From TPA_inf: Saccharomyces (Eukaryota), in NCBI GenBank assembly GCA_000146045.2, contig BK006942.2:288001-352000 (forward strand): a stretch of DNA of 64,000 bases. Reading direction: 5' to 3'. The notes beneath the pieces were generated by a model, which saw only the letters and a list, made by a program, of their open reading frames with translations, did no database searches and was not told where the DNA came from. Below, piece after piece: positions 12,228 through 23,164 of the stretch. The position numbers and the translations under genes are program-made. Position 1 is the stretch's first letter. Each line of letters starts with the position of its first letter.

Positions 12228-12300
12228 AGCCCTGTAGGGGGCTCGAACCCCTAACCTTATGATTAAGAGTCATACGCGCTACCGATTGCGCCAACAAGGC
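12228..12300 (-). tRNA. tK(CUU): tRNA-Lys (anticodon CUU)
   Basis: Reverse complement reads GCCTTGTTGGCGCAATCGGTAGCGCGTATGACTCTTAATCATAAGGTTAGGGGTTCGAGCCCCCTACAGGGCT, a cloverleaf with a CTT anticodon loop and internal A and B boxes. A T-run lies at the 3' flank. Confidence 0.93.
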
Positions 12301-12354
12301 TATTTCGTTGGAAAAACTACTTATTTTAGGAAGTAATAGCACATTTAAGATGCT

Positions 12355-12407
12355 TGTTGGAATGAAACTTTAAAATATCATCTGTTTAGTACTATTCATG
12401 TTACTAA
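12355..12407 (+). mobile_element. 5' fragment of a Ty1/Ty2 delta LTR
   Basis: TGTTGGAATGAAACTTTAAAATATCATCTGTTTAGTACTATTCATGTTACTAA resembles the delta 5' end (TGTTGGAATAGAAATCAACTATCATCTACTAACTAG...). It abuts the next LTR. Confidence 0.5.
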
Positions 12408-12727
12408 TTAAGATATGGGTGAATTTTGAGATAATTGTTGGGGGTTCCATTGTTGATAAAGGCTTATAATATTATGTATACGGAATATACTAGAAGTTCT
12501 CCTCGAGGATCTAGGAATCCTCATAATGGAATCTATATTTCTATATACTAATATTACGATTATTCCTCATTCCGTTTTATATGTTTCATTCTCCTATTAC
12601 ATTATCAATTTTTGTATTTCAGCTTCCTCTAACCTCGATGACAGCTTCTCATAATTTACGCCATCCTCTTACACCGCATGTGATGCTATTACTACTAAAT
12701 AGATAACATTAGAATTTCATTCCAACA
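12408..12727 (-). mobile_element. Solo Ty1/Ty2 delta LTR in reverse orientation, upstream of tK(CUU)
   Basis: Reverse complement matches the delta consensus (...TTCACCCAT...GAGGATTCCTA.CCTCGAGGAGAACTT...TATAAAACGGAATGAGGAA...) and ends with TGTTGGAA at 12727. It is the inverse of the delta at 36831. Confidence 0.8.
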
Positions 12728-12828
12728 GCTTTAGTCTGTTTTAATAAACGCAACAGCACCATAATGTTATTAATTTTAATAAAGCCAAATTATGGCCTGC
12801 TGATTTCTTTTCATTGGTAAAAGTTCTA

Positions 12829-13257
12829 TCACCCGTTCCCCATTAGTATGATAACCGATAAATAAACTCTATTACCTGGTTTCTTCGTTCCAGGAACGTT
12901 TATACCCTGACTACACATTTCTTTTGAAAAATAGGCCAATTGAACAATTAAGTTAGAAGCGGTTAGAAAAAGGTATAATAGGAAAAAATGCATCCAATTT
13001 TTACAGTTGAACCACTTGGGGGATTTTATTCTCGTATTGTAGCGGGAGCATTTTATCTTCGTACATCTTGGAAGCTGTAGATTAATCTTATTCCTATATG
13101 CTCCTTCAATCCACACAGCAAACCCCCAAATGGAAACGATCACTGAGTATGTTATAAACCAGCTTACGCTTATACTATTATCAAAATTCAAAAGATTGAA
13201 CGGGGAAAATGGTAGAAATGAATATTGAAGCATTTTCGCAATGAAAATTAACCGCAT
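12829..13257 (-). CDS. Small putative membrane protein of unknown function (YIL029C; paralog of YPR071W)
   Basis: 142-aa ORF with two or three hydrophobic helices. Position matches YIL029C. Confidence 0.6.
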   Translation of the reverse strand: MRLIFIAKMLQYSFLPFSPFNLLNFDNSISVSWFITYSVIVSIWGFAVWIEGAYRNKINLQLPRCTKIKCSRYNTRIKSPKWFNCKNWMHFFLLYLFLTASNLIVQLAYFSKEMCSQGINVPGTKKPGNRVYLSVIILMGNG

Positions 13258-14099
13258 TGTTTTTATAGTAATTCTGATGGCTAACGGCGGTAATACAGCA
13301 TCCTTACGAAGAGCGGGAATAGTTCATTTGCCCTCTTTGATGGTTTGCATAACTGCGTTGTTGATTGTCTTAGGAATGGAAATATTTAACAAATATACCT
13401 ATAATGAAAAAAGGGTCCTTCTTTTTAATTATTATTGGCAGCGAAAAAGTTGTCCCAGCTTCTACTTTTTTTCCCGTTAAAAAAGGAAGCGGCGGAAGCT
13501 GATCTACTCTCTAATAATAGACTACTCACTCGCATCTTGGTAACGAGTCCCTTTAAGATCTTGGTACATAAAGTTTGCTGCAGCAAAAAGGGCTTATTTG
13601 CGCATTCATGATATTAAACAACACCCTGTTTAGCGTGTTAATGATCCTTGTTTTATGCCAGTATATTCTGTATACCTTATAATAGAGTCAACAGTTAAAT
13701 CCTAATCATTACCTCAGGACTTACCTATTTCTGAATATCATGGTCCACCATTCTACCTCAGTGAATTGATTGAACCGCACCATTGGAATTGTCATGGTGA
13801 GCCAGCGTGCTACAACTTCATGATTTTACGAGCTGAAAAAACACGCCCTTAGGCATAAAAACTCAATGGAAATCTGTAAAACAAAATAAATTTCGCTTTT
13901 TAACTTGGCCTAATGGGAATACTTTAACAATTGAACCTGTCACTAAATCAGAGGAAGTACATGCCTAATTACTCAAAGCTGTATTTAACTAATTTACCTA
14001 TACTATCGCCAGGCATTCAAGGATGAAGACATGCGTCAATGCAAATAGTGACGGCTGCTGCATTAAAGAGGTGCTGCGTGGTGTAGAAAAGGCAATAAC

Positions 14100-14498
14100 A
14101 TGGACGATGCAAGGTTATTCAGACGCGTTGTTTGTATGCCATTTCCAATGATAATGTTGGTTGCGTTATATAGAAATGTGTTAGGAAGAGATTCTACAGT
14201 TGATTGCAGCTTTGACGTTATACTTACACCTTGGATAATGGCCAGTATGTTTTCCAAACGTATGGTGAATTGGTCTAATCCACGTCAAGCTGTTTTAAAA
14301 GTATGCAGCGCAGCCGTGACCTCCCGGATAGTTGCCAATTGGTTGTTTACGATGAACATATTATATACCAGTGGTGAAAAGGGTTTTTACTCGCTAGCAA
14401 CAGCTGTGGTAATTAAAACGGTCACTGATGGGTTTACGGTGATACGGGTTTTCTCTATTCACCTGAACGAGTCAGTATATAGCAAGCCATTACCATAA
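14100..14498 (+). other. 132-aa ORF (dubious YIL028W). It is the first of three consecutive same-strand ORFs in different frames, a possible gene relic.
   Basis: The ORF ends at 14498 and the next begins at 14501 in another frame. See findings. Confidence 0.2.
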
Positions 14499-15678
14499 CA
14501 TTGGGTAACGTCGCACGCAACACAGCTGCGGGTGTGTGTGGTGATTGGTTAGTCAATTGGTCATTTGGGCTGGTAATAGGGCATGTTCCCCTTACAGCTT
14601 GTACTGTCTCATTGGGGTTTGCTCTTATTGCTGGAATAATAAATGGAAAGGTTAACGACGACACAAATGGTTTTCGACGACCAAAACAAATTAGCAAATG
14701 GCAACCTTTTGTATTAGGGCTAATTAATGTAAGCGATGTTACCATTTTGTCTATTTCTGGCGGTGGACTGGTAGCTTCTTCATGTGGAGGTGCAATAGGC
14801 TATGCTACTGTCATTAAAACTGTTGCTACCACAAATGCACGTTTCGCGATTACTGAGGTGATCAAGGAAATAGTTATTCGTTATTCATCACAATTAAATG
14901 CAGAAAAAGTTTGTGAAGAATAAAAAACTCGAGCCGGGTGGTAAATTGTTTTAGTACGGTTAGCATCGGTTTAGTACCTGTACCAATATGTGTCACTTTT
15001 GTTATTTCTGCAGGCGATAATACTTATAATAAACGCATACATGATATCATAACTGCCTTTATACGGCACCTTACAACTAGCATGGGCGTTCAAGTGGTGG
15101 AGAACTATTACCTGTTCCTGAAATAACAGAATGAATCATCAATAAGGGCTTGTCTGTACCTCAGGATGATTTGAACAAGTTCCACTTACGCTAACATGAG
15201 GATGAATATCGTACTTATACTATGTAAACTGGAATAGAAATATTCCGAACGGTTATCCATTAGAGTGTTAGCCCTCAAACCGAGACTCTCGATAATATTG
15301 AATAGAAGATTTTACCACTAAATTTAGTGTGTATTTATGTATCTTAATAACAAACTATCCAACGAAGACGCAAAAGATACTATCCGCCCCGTAATCCTTT
15401 TGAAACCACTCAAGCTTATGGTTCACGTTATAGAACACAGGAGACGCTTGCATTATTGGTGATTCTAATATAGCTTTCTATTCCTCTATGAAAGGCGTCT
15501 GTGTTGGTGTAAATAGAAGAGGTGCCTGGTCACCTGACGCCTTATTTTGTGCAGTTACGATGTTCGAGTAGATTCGCTATCGAATTTATGCTCAAAATCT
15601 AGCTAATCCTCTTATTAGATCTTGATATGTATATATGTATGAAATTATAAGTTCTAGCTCTAGTTTTCAGTATCTTAT

Positions 15679-16104
15679 TTATTTTTCTTTTTTTACAGTG
15701 TTAGAGGCCCATTCCCTGCAAATTTTTCTCTTCATATGAACGTCAACAAAGCTTGGAGTAAATATGATCTCACCATTAGGGTTACTTCCTATCAAGTTAT
15801 CCACGTTGGTGGCTTTATTTAATGCGATTTCTTTTAGATAGTTTCCTTGGGATATTATCTTCCCATCGTTACTCTCAATTGGTAAATATTGTAATTTCTC
15901 GAACGAAGTGAACACTGCAAGAACAAAGAGTATCAATCCTGCATACGTTTCATACATGATATCTTTAGGTAACTTGCTGATTGCACCTTGTGCATTATTA
16001 AGCGAGTTAAGTTTTAATAAGTGATGAAACTCATAGCTTGAGAAACCAGAATGAAATAACACCAATGCAGAGACTGTATAGAGAAGCTTGGAAACAAACG
16101 ACAT
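15679..16104 (-). CDS. EMC5: ER membrane protein complex subunit 5
   Basis: 141-aa ORF with two TM helices. Recognised as Kre27/Emc5 by sequence and by position next to IRR1. Confidence 0.8.
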   Translation of the reverse strand: MSFVSKLLYTVSALVLFHSGFSSYEFHHLLKLNSLNNAQGAISKLPKDIMYETYAGLILFVLAVFTSFEKLQYLPIESNDGKIISQGNYLKEIALNKATNVDNLIGSNPNGEIIFTPSFVDVHMKRKICREWASNTVKKEK

Positions 16105-16476
16105 CTCTTGATAATTGCTTTTTTGTATCTCGGTAGGGCTTAATTACGATCGCTTTTTAGATGCTACAATTAACATGCATAACAACTATCTGAGTTGACT
16201 TTATTTTATATTCAAAAGTAGATTTTTCTGCGCTGCGTTTACATCGCGAGTTTTCGAAGAAGCAAAGGGCGCTTTGATGACGATTGAATGGGCTTGGAAA
16301 ATACATAGCCGAATATCATCCAGCGAGTATAGTCTAATGCGAAGGGATATTTGAAGTATTTATGATTAATCAAAAACTGCTAACGAAGCTATGTATGTTC
16401 AAAAGAAAGATGTGATATATATTATAGATCTTATTGTTTTACAAAAGAGCAATAAGTCTGACGTATATCTTTTCCC

Positions 16477-19400
16477 TTAATCTTGTGTGATTTCGTCGCT
16501 GTTGTCTATAGCATCTACCACGGTTGGGTGTTCCTCAATTGGTGCTAACTCTGAATTATTTTGCGAACTTTCTTCAATAGGTTCTAGATCGATTGTCATG
16601 GGAATATCTGGATCATTATTTTCAGTATTTGCATGGTCGGTTTCTCGTTCACTGTTGGGTTGTAAAGGCGCTTTTTCCCTCTGTGTTTGATTTGATTTTG
16701 CTTTCTGTATGTTCTTTTTATTAGGTTCTGGATTTTCCATTATGGTATCATCTACGATTTTTTTGAACAGCGGGCCAAGCTTTTCTTTGTTTAGTGCCAC
16801 ACGGGAAGCAAATCGTTCATCTAAAATATTCAGTTTCATTAGTCCCTTCAATTTAACTGTGAATAAAAGGAATTCAGTTTCAATATTCTCGAAAAACCCG
16901 GTTTCCGGCAAATCATTTAGGTTGGCGTCTTCATCTGCTACCCTTTCTAATTGGACGTCAACTTGCTTAGCGAAAAGACTCTCCAAATATAAAAATATTT
17001 TCAAAAGCACTTTGGAAGCATTATCGTGAAGGTAAAATGGAAATTGTTCACTCATACTATATCTCCATGTTGTAGCGTCTGCAGGCAATTTGAGCTCAAA
17101 TATTTTTATTGCAACGATTATATCCATTAATGAAGTGCAAGCTGACCATTTTAAGTAAAACAAGCTGTTTATGTTTTCAAATGTTTCGTTTGTAGCCGCC
17201 AATGAAATAACGAGTGTGTTTAGACGACCTATTATAGCGGCAATTGGTTTCCAAACTGATCTAAGATCTTTTGAAATAGAATTCTCGTAATCCCTTACTT
17301 TCTCTATTATTTCTCTCCATTTTTCCAGATTCCATGTGGCTAATAACACTAGCATTTTAAAGTTTATTTCTTGAGCGGTACTATCATCAAAATCTTGAAA
17401 CATTATAGGGATACGGGAAACAAAATTGTTCAAAAACAGTTGCAACAACTCTTCATCAACCTCGATTGGGTAATCCCTGCCAAGAATTGTCAGTTTATTG
17501 ATGTAGAGCTCGTACAAAGAACAAGTTAAATCTTTGTAGTCGTCCCTAGAATTATTTGGATCCATTTTTTCCTGTAGAAATTTTTTTAAATGAATTTTCA
17601 ATGTAGCTATCTGGTTTAAAAATTTTTCCTGCAGTTCCTTTTTTTCAAAATGATGGATATGGTGAATGAATTTAGCAAATATATCGTACTTCATGTCAAC
17701 TTTTGAATTCCCGATTGTAGAATCCATAAATGCTTTAATAGTTTTGTCGGTAATTTTTTTTAATTCAGTTTCATATCCAATAGATATCCAATCATCCAGA
17801 GAAAATGTGATAAAGCTCTCTAGGAGAGGACACAGAATATCAGCAGATTCGATGGATGCGGCATTCAACAAATCGTAGAATAAAGGCAAAACTATTTCCT
17901 TAACGCTGTCCTTAGTTTGGATTTTGGGGTTGTTGGCACCTGCACACAGACCGTGGAATACGTTCAGATATAAAATAGTGCTATTTCTGTCAATGGGAAA
18001 CAATGGAGTGATGTCCAATTCCTCATCGTCAACATCCTCGTCATCGCTGTTATTATTGGCCGAGTTTTGTAACTTTTGGATCAGTTCATTTGATTCAGTG
18101 TCAGAGATCAGCAGATTGCAAATAGTTTTCAAGTGAGTGGAAATGTAAGGAGACAAAAACTCTGCTGCTTGTGTTAGCATACGGATCTTTGTCCTTGAAT
18201 CAACTTCAGCGCAATCCTTCAAGTGATAAATTAAAGAGTCATTCAGAATCTTGATAAATATACCGACTTGAACAACGGGTCCAACTTCTAACCCGTCGAC
18301 TTCTTTGGGCAAGTCTTCATGCGTCTTGATGAATTCGTCAAATTTCTCTTTTATTACTCTTGCTAAGAATTTGGCCACCGTGGATAGAAATTTGGATCTT
18401 TTATTGAATGAGGATGTTTTAAATGGGTCGAACTCTTCATCGAACATTAAACTAGAAATGATAAGAATCTCAGAATCATCTAAATAGCCCAATGATGACG
18501 CCTCCGTTAGAACTTGGATACTATGGATCCTTACATCAAGATTAACGTCACGGATTGCCACTTCCAGGATCTTAGTTTTGAAGCGTTCAAATACTTGGCG
18601 TATAGCGGAATTATCAGTGGATTTACTGTTATGATTTTGGATTATTAAATGCGGTAAAATCTTCGTAACTTGTAATCTGACTGATACAGAGTTATCGCTC
18701 AGCAGCCAGCCAAAATATTTTAAAAATGTAACCTTGAGGAAATATTCGGGATAGTTTTTAATCCAGATGGATAGATGCAACATGGATTCTGAACGAATCA
18801 AATCAGACACGTCCTTATACCTATGCACAAAACATAGTTTGACGATGTTATCGATAATGCTATCAATAACGACTTTGCTGCCTTGAGTTTCGGCGATAGT
18901 GCTCTCTAGCTTTTCTAAAGTCTTGTTATTGGGCCTTTTTTTCTTCTCTTCTAGTGATAACTGCTTGGATAACTTCGCCAAATAATTCTTTTCTAAATTA
19001 ACAGCCTGTTGGGTCAAATAGTCCTGGAAAAGATATAGCGTTAGCGTAGAAATGTATCTGAAGCATCTGATTTTGCAAACTGAAAAAGAAGACAGCCAAG
19101 TCAACAAATCCAACACAAGATTACCAGTAACTATTTGGGTATCATCTTCGTCCGATTCCACGTATAGTAATTGTAAGTCATTTGCCACTTCCAACAATTT
19201 AGTCATGAATTCCGCGAAATTTTGATAAAGGGGACCCATTTTAAAGTTTTTTCTCTTTTTGTTTTCCTTGCTAATCAAGAGGTAAAATTCGTGCAGTTTC
19301 TGTCTTTGAAATAGCAACTGAATTTCACCAATCGTTTCGTTAGAAGATTCATTGCTGTGAACGTCGTGGTCTTCGACGCGAGCGACGGAGCCACAACAAT

Positions 19401-19929
19401 TCAATAGCAAATTGATAAATTCTTGTAAAAATTTATCTCTATTTTCAGAATAGGTTTCTAACCATTCTCGCAATAGTTCTTCAATAGAAACATCTTCTGA
19501 AGTGGATAATATATCAAACAATTCTGTAGGTTGGAAATCCTTCGCAATTTCTAAGTATTGATCCTGATCTTTTTTAGAGCGGTGATAAGCAGGCGCATGA
19601 GATACCGCCGACTTCTGGGCAGAAGTAGGTTTTTTCTTCTGCCTTTTACTACTGGTATTTGATGCTGATTTGGGCTTTCTCTTTCTAGACTTTCTCTTTG
19701 CCGTAGCGGTATCTACGTAGTCATCATCATCCTGGTCTTCATAGTCATCCTCACTACTACTTTCTTCACTTTCACCAGTATCTTGCTCTTCTTCTTCTTC
19801 ATGTTGCGTTTTGGCAGTGATCTTATCAGATTCTACGTGTTGTGCGCTGGTGTTTTGCTCGTCATCGTAATCTTCCTCAATAACTTGAGATTTAGTCCTT
19901 ATTCTAGTTGAGCGACGCACAGCAGTCAT
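16477..19929 (-). CDS. IRR1: Cohesin subunit Scc3/Irr1 (STAG family)
   Basis: 1150-aa ORF with an acidic N-terminus and a STAG/SCD-type helical repeat body. Tandem MCB boxes lie upstream. Confidence 0.9.
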   Translation of the reverse strand: MTAVRRSTRIRTKSQVIEEDYDDEQNTSAQHVESDKITAKTQHEEEEEQDTGESEESSSEDDYEDQDDDDYVDTATAKRKSRKRKPKSASNTSSKRQKKKPTSAQKSAVSHAPAYHRSKKDQDQYLEIAKDFQPTELFDILSTSEDVSIEELLREWLETYSENRDKFLQEFINLLLNCCGSVARVEDHDVHSNESSNETIGEIQLLFQRQKLHEFYLLISKENKKRKNFKMGPLYQNFAEFMTKLLEVANDLQLLYVESDEDDTQIVTGNLVLDLLTWLSSFSVCKIRCFRYISTLTLYLFQDYLTQQAVNLEKNYLAKLSKQLSLEEKKKRPNNKTLEKLESTIAETQGSKVVIDSIIDNIVKLCFVHRYKDVSDLIRSESMLHLSIWIKNYPEYFLKVTFLKYFGWLLSDNSVSVRLQVTKILPHLIIQNHNSKSTDNSAIRQVFERFKTKILEVAIRDVNLDVRIHSIQVLTEASSLGYLDDSEILIISSLMFDEEFDPFKTSSFNKRSKFLSTVAKFLARVIKEKFDEFIKTHEDLPKEVDGLEVGPVVQVGIFIKILNDSLIYHLKDCAEVDSRTKIRMLTQAAEFLSPYISTHLKTICNLLISDTESNELIQKLQNSANNNSDDEDVDDEELDITPLFPIDRNSTILYLNVFHGLCAGANNPKIQTKDSVKEIVLPLFYDLLNAASIESADILCPLLESFITFSLDDWISIGYETELKKITDKTIKAFMDSTIGNSKVDMKYDIFAKFIHHIHHFEKKELQEKFLNQIATLKIHLKKFLQEKMDPNNSRDDYKDLTCSLYELYINKLTILGRDYPIEVDEELLQLFLNNFVSRIPIMFQDFDDSTAQEINFKMLVLLATWNLEKWREIIEKVRDYENSISKDLRSVWKPIAAIIGRLNTLVISLAATNETFENINSLFYLKWSACTSLMDIIVAIKIFELKLPADATTWRYSMSEQFPFYLHDNASKVLLKIFLYLESLFAKQVDVQLERVADEDANLNDLPETGFFENIETEFLLFTVKLKGLMKLNILDERFASRVALNKEKLGPLFKKIVDDTIMENPEPNKKNIQKAKSNQTQREKAPLQPNSERETDHANTENNDPDIPMTIDLEPIEESSQNNSELAPIEEHPTVVDAIDNSDEITQD

Positions 19930-20051
19930 GTTACCTTCGTCCGAGCTCTTGTTCTCAGGTCAATCGCCTTTCTTTATTATTTTTGTTTACTTGAAGCTTT
20001 GTTCTCTTTAATCAATATAGAGGAAAGGAAACAAAAGAATCATCTTATCTT

Positions 20052-20070
20052 ACGCGTCACGCGTCGCGTT
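20052..20070. promoter_or_regulatory. Tandem MluI cell-cycle boxes (MBF sites), about 125-140 bp upstream of the IRR1 ATG
   Basis: TACGCGTCACGCGTCGCGTT contains ACGCGT twice plus a CGCGTT. Cohesin genes are G1/S MBF targets. Confidence 0.6.
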
Positions 20071-20601
20071 GCCGTCAGAGATGAGAGTAATAGAATAAGT
20101 TCTAGGCAGGATAAGTACGAGCTTTACTTCATGCTGTGCTGGATAAAGCACAACTATCTAACTTGTGTGCTAATCGTCTAGCTGACCTTAATTTACTCTC
20201 CTATCGGTAGCAGGCTGCTTTTTTTTTCGTTACGAAACTTTGCTTTGATGAGGATAGACAATAAATGCTTAAAAACAGAGCTTCGTAGGATGAGTCGATT
20301 AGACGTTTAGTTGCTTGCAATGTACCAATACGCAAACCCCTTCCTTTTCCTTTTTTAAATTGATCTTCCTCTTTTACATAAGCAGTAATAATGCCAGATC
20401 TTTTGCCGTTGTCTGTTGGAGCCTGTGTACCTCGGCGGCTAACAGCGATGATTATTCCACGAAATGAGATGCTCACCTTGTGATATAAGTGAAAAGGAAT
20501 AAATCTATTAAAAATATGTATATCTAAACCATAGCTAGATAGAAAAGAGAAAATTGAAATATATATATTTGTCATAAAAGAAACATGTTTGAAAAAGTTG
20601 T

Positions 20602-21171
20602 CTATTTGTTCCAGTACGTCTTGACTTTCTTGGCAATGCACATTAGCCCATTTAGAGACTCTTTCCTGCTATTGAACGCCTGATGGAAATCACACTGGAT
20701 GGTTGCATCCATGTTTTCGTCCTCCATATCAGAATTCCAGCACACTATCTCCTCTGTGCTGCTTAGGTCACTATGTGACGACAAGTTGACATAATCATTT
20801 AAAGAGTCGTCTTCCGGTTTCCCTTTTGCGGTGTTGGACCGTGTATGTGGTGATAGAGGTATATCCATGAGTTGACTGGCCTCATTGTCCTTAAAGTGGA
20901 GAATATTGTTGGTGTAACCTGACTTGTCTGTGACAGTGTCGAAGTAGTTGAGAGTGACCCATTTTTTGTCGTTTATCACCACTTTGAACATGGTGCTACG
21001 TTGGCCCTTTCTTCTGGGAATTTGCACCCTGTAGTTCTGTGTGCTGCCGTCATACTGCAGAACATAATCGGAATGTCTCCAGTTATCGAATTCTCCTGTA
21101 ACAACTAGTTTATCTGCCTTGGAGCAGCCCTTGATCACGTCTTCAGGGATCACAAGTAAAAAATTGGACAT
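20602..21171 (-). CDS. Uncharacterised protein with an AMPK-beta/CBM48-like glycogen-binding domain (YIL024C)
   Basis: The annotated start is the Met of MSNFLLVIPED (189 aa); the ORF track extends 12 codons upstream. VVTGEFDNW...YRVQIP...FKVVINDKKWV...NNILHF matches the CBM48 pattern. Confidence 0.7.
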   Translation of the reverse strand: MSNFLLVIPEDVIKGCSKADKLVVTGEFDNWRHSDYVLQYDGSTQNYRVQIPRRKGQRSTMFKVVINDKKWVTLNYFDTVTDKSGYTNNILHFKDNEASQLMDIPLSPHTRSNTAKGKPEDDSLNDYVNLSSHSDLSSTEEIVCWNSDMEDENMDATIQCDFHQAFNSRKESLNGLMCIAKKVKTYWNK

Positions 21172-21385
21172 CTTTAAAACAGTTGTGCACGCCTTTAAAC
21201 CGATCAATACTGTTCTTGTTTGTGTTTCTTTTTTGTATTAGGTCAGAGATAAATGTTTGATCTGATCTGATTATCGCCTGTTTTTGCCTTAATTGAAATC
21301 CGGGGAAGCGTCGGTACCATATAAGGCAACAAGGATATTTACTATAAAGGTACGTATATTGCACGCCAAGTAATACAAAGCTGAA

Positions 21386-22426
21386 TCAATGCTCATCCAT
21401 GAGCGCCATAACGGCAAATCCTACAAAAATGAAGACTAGCTGCAAGGCCCACTTCTTAAACTCTCGAAGCTTGCTATCGGGTGCGGAGCTATGTAAGATC
21501 TGCGGTACAACGCTAGTAGTGGCTATGTATATGAGGCCGCCCGCCGTGAACGGCAGCATAAGTTCAGATGCGTTCGCGGATGAAGACGTTGCTTTATGGC
21601 TGTTGTTCCCGATTTCGTTCATCCAGCAGCCAATGGACGTTCCAACGACGGCGCCGAAAGCTGTCACCGCTTGGGCTCTTATCGCTTGTGGGAACGTAAA
21701 CCCACTGGAAAGCAGAATGGCGAAGTCACCTAGCTCATGAGGGATCTCATGGAAAGTGACAGCTATGCTGGTCATTATGCCAACTTGTGTGGAACTATAG
21801 AATGACGTAGCCAGCGCTATGCCATCCGTGATGTGATGAGCAATGCCGGATATGACATTCAGATACGCAGACATGTTAAAGCCCGCTTTCTTCTCTGCAG
21901 TTTGTTGTGGAGTATGACTATGAGAATGAGAATGTATGCTGCCGTCATCGTTGGACGTCCCTGACAGAATACGCATCGTTTTATCCAGAGTCAAGAAGCT
22001 TATAAACCCCAGAAATATGGCTCCTCCAACCATTGTGACATCAGTTACGCCGCTGAGACTTTCAGGTATCACGTGTAATAAAATATCACCCAGGAGTGTT
22101 CCTAGAGAAAAGGAAACTAGTAAGGACAGTGTCAAGCTGGCACGATCGTTCTTGCGCAGTCCAGGAACAAACAGTACGAAAAGACACGGCATAAGTTGTA
22201 TGATTAGGATAGCCACAATCGCATTGTAACGGGGTCCCAGGACAAAGAGGTGGTTCTGCAGAAAGCAAACTAGAGAGTAAAAAATGGATTCTTGCTTCAA
22301 AATCAAGAAACTTTGCTTGGACTCATGGTTTGCCTCGTGGCCATGATCTCGATTATGATGTACTCCATGGGACACCACTAGGGGTGCAATGCTTAGCAAA
22401 TAAGAGCAAATGTGCGACGCCTTCAT
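21386..22426 (-). CDS. YKE4: ZIP-family zinc transporter (ER/Golgi)
   Basis: 346-aa ORF with an N-terminal His-rich stretch, multiple TM helices and HEIPHELGDF, a ZIP signature. Confidence 0.9.
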   Translation of the reverse strand: MKASHICSYLLSIAPLVVSHGVHHNRDHGHEANHESKQSFLILKQESIFYSLVCFLQNHLFVLGPRYNAIVAILIIQLMPCLFVLFVPGLRKNDRASLTLSLLVSFSLGTLLGDILLHVIPESLSGVTDVTMVGGAIFLGFISFLTLDKTMRILSGTSNDDGSIHSHSHSHTPQQTAEKKAGFNMSAYLNVISGIAHHITDGIALATSFYSSTQVGIMTSIAVTFHEIPHELGDFAILLSSGFTFPQAIRAQAVTAFGAVVGTSIGCWMNEIGNNSHKATSSSANASELMLPFTAGGLIYIATTSVVPQILHSSAPDSKLREFKKWALQLVFIFVGFAVMALMDEH

Positions 22427-23164
22427 GCTTTTTCTGCTTCTGTTCTCCTTCTATTTCATTCTTATTTTCTTCTTTCCTTTTCCACCTTTTTCCTAAGACG
22501 TTTTTTTTTTTCAGTTTACTGTTCTATGGAAAGGGAATGAATAATAATCCGGAAAACTATATATTGGAAGAACTGGCACAGTTTGGTTCTCCGCAGAAAT
22601 TCTACTAAATTACGTATAAATTGTGTATTAGAAGAAATTCAGAAACGAAATATCTGAACAGACCTACTTTAGTATTTTTATATGATAACTTTTTGAGTTG
22701 TATCCTTTTCTTCATTTATTTTTAGAAACTTTCTTTTTTTGGCCATAACATAAAATTTAAATAACGACGCTGAAACAAAAAGAAAAGAACACCACGACTA
22801 ATAAAACAAAATTAGAACATTATGATTAGGTACTTCTTCAGTACGCTTTTCAAGCTACTTCTTACGATAAGTAAACTTCTCACCTGTAAATACTAGTAAC
22901 GGTAGCAACCATACGGAAAACCATGTTCAGTTACCCGGCCGGGTGTTTTTTTCTCTTTCTTTTTCGCCCACTGGAGAGCCTCAGTCATATATGTCAAAGA
23001 AGACTGGTTGAGTAGCATGGGCTTCGGAACCAGGTTTGAAAGTACCAAGTATAATAAGCCCGCAAGTAAGCAAAAGTTGGGATAAGAGGGCAGGACCGAG
23101 CTTATAGTGTTTCGTTTTTTTATTCCTGAATTTTTCACTACCGCAGCAATTGCTATTTCAGTTC

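Noticed and set aside
13230-13500. Possible ARS consensus matches in AT-rich intergenic stretches (for example near 13240, 28780, 53600)
   Set aside because: I could find only loose matches to WTTTAYRTTTW by eye. This cannot be supported without a PWM scan and B-element context.
20201-20641. 146-aa minus-strand ORF downstream of and overlapping the YIL024C 3' end (the position of dubious YIL025C)
   Set aside because: Low-complexity translation in the 3' UTR region of YIL024C, with no support for coding.
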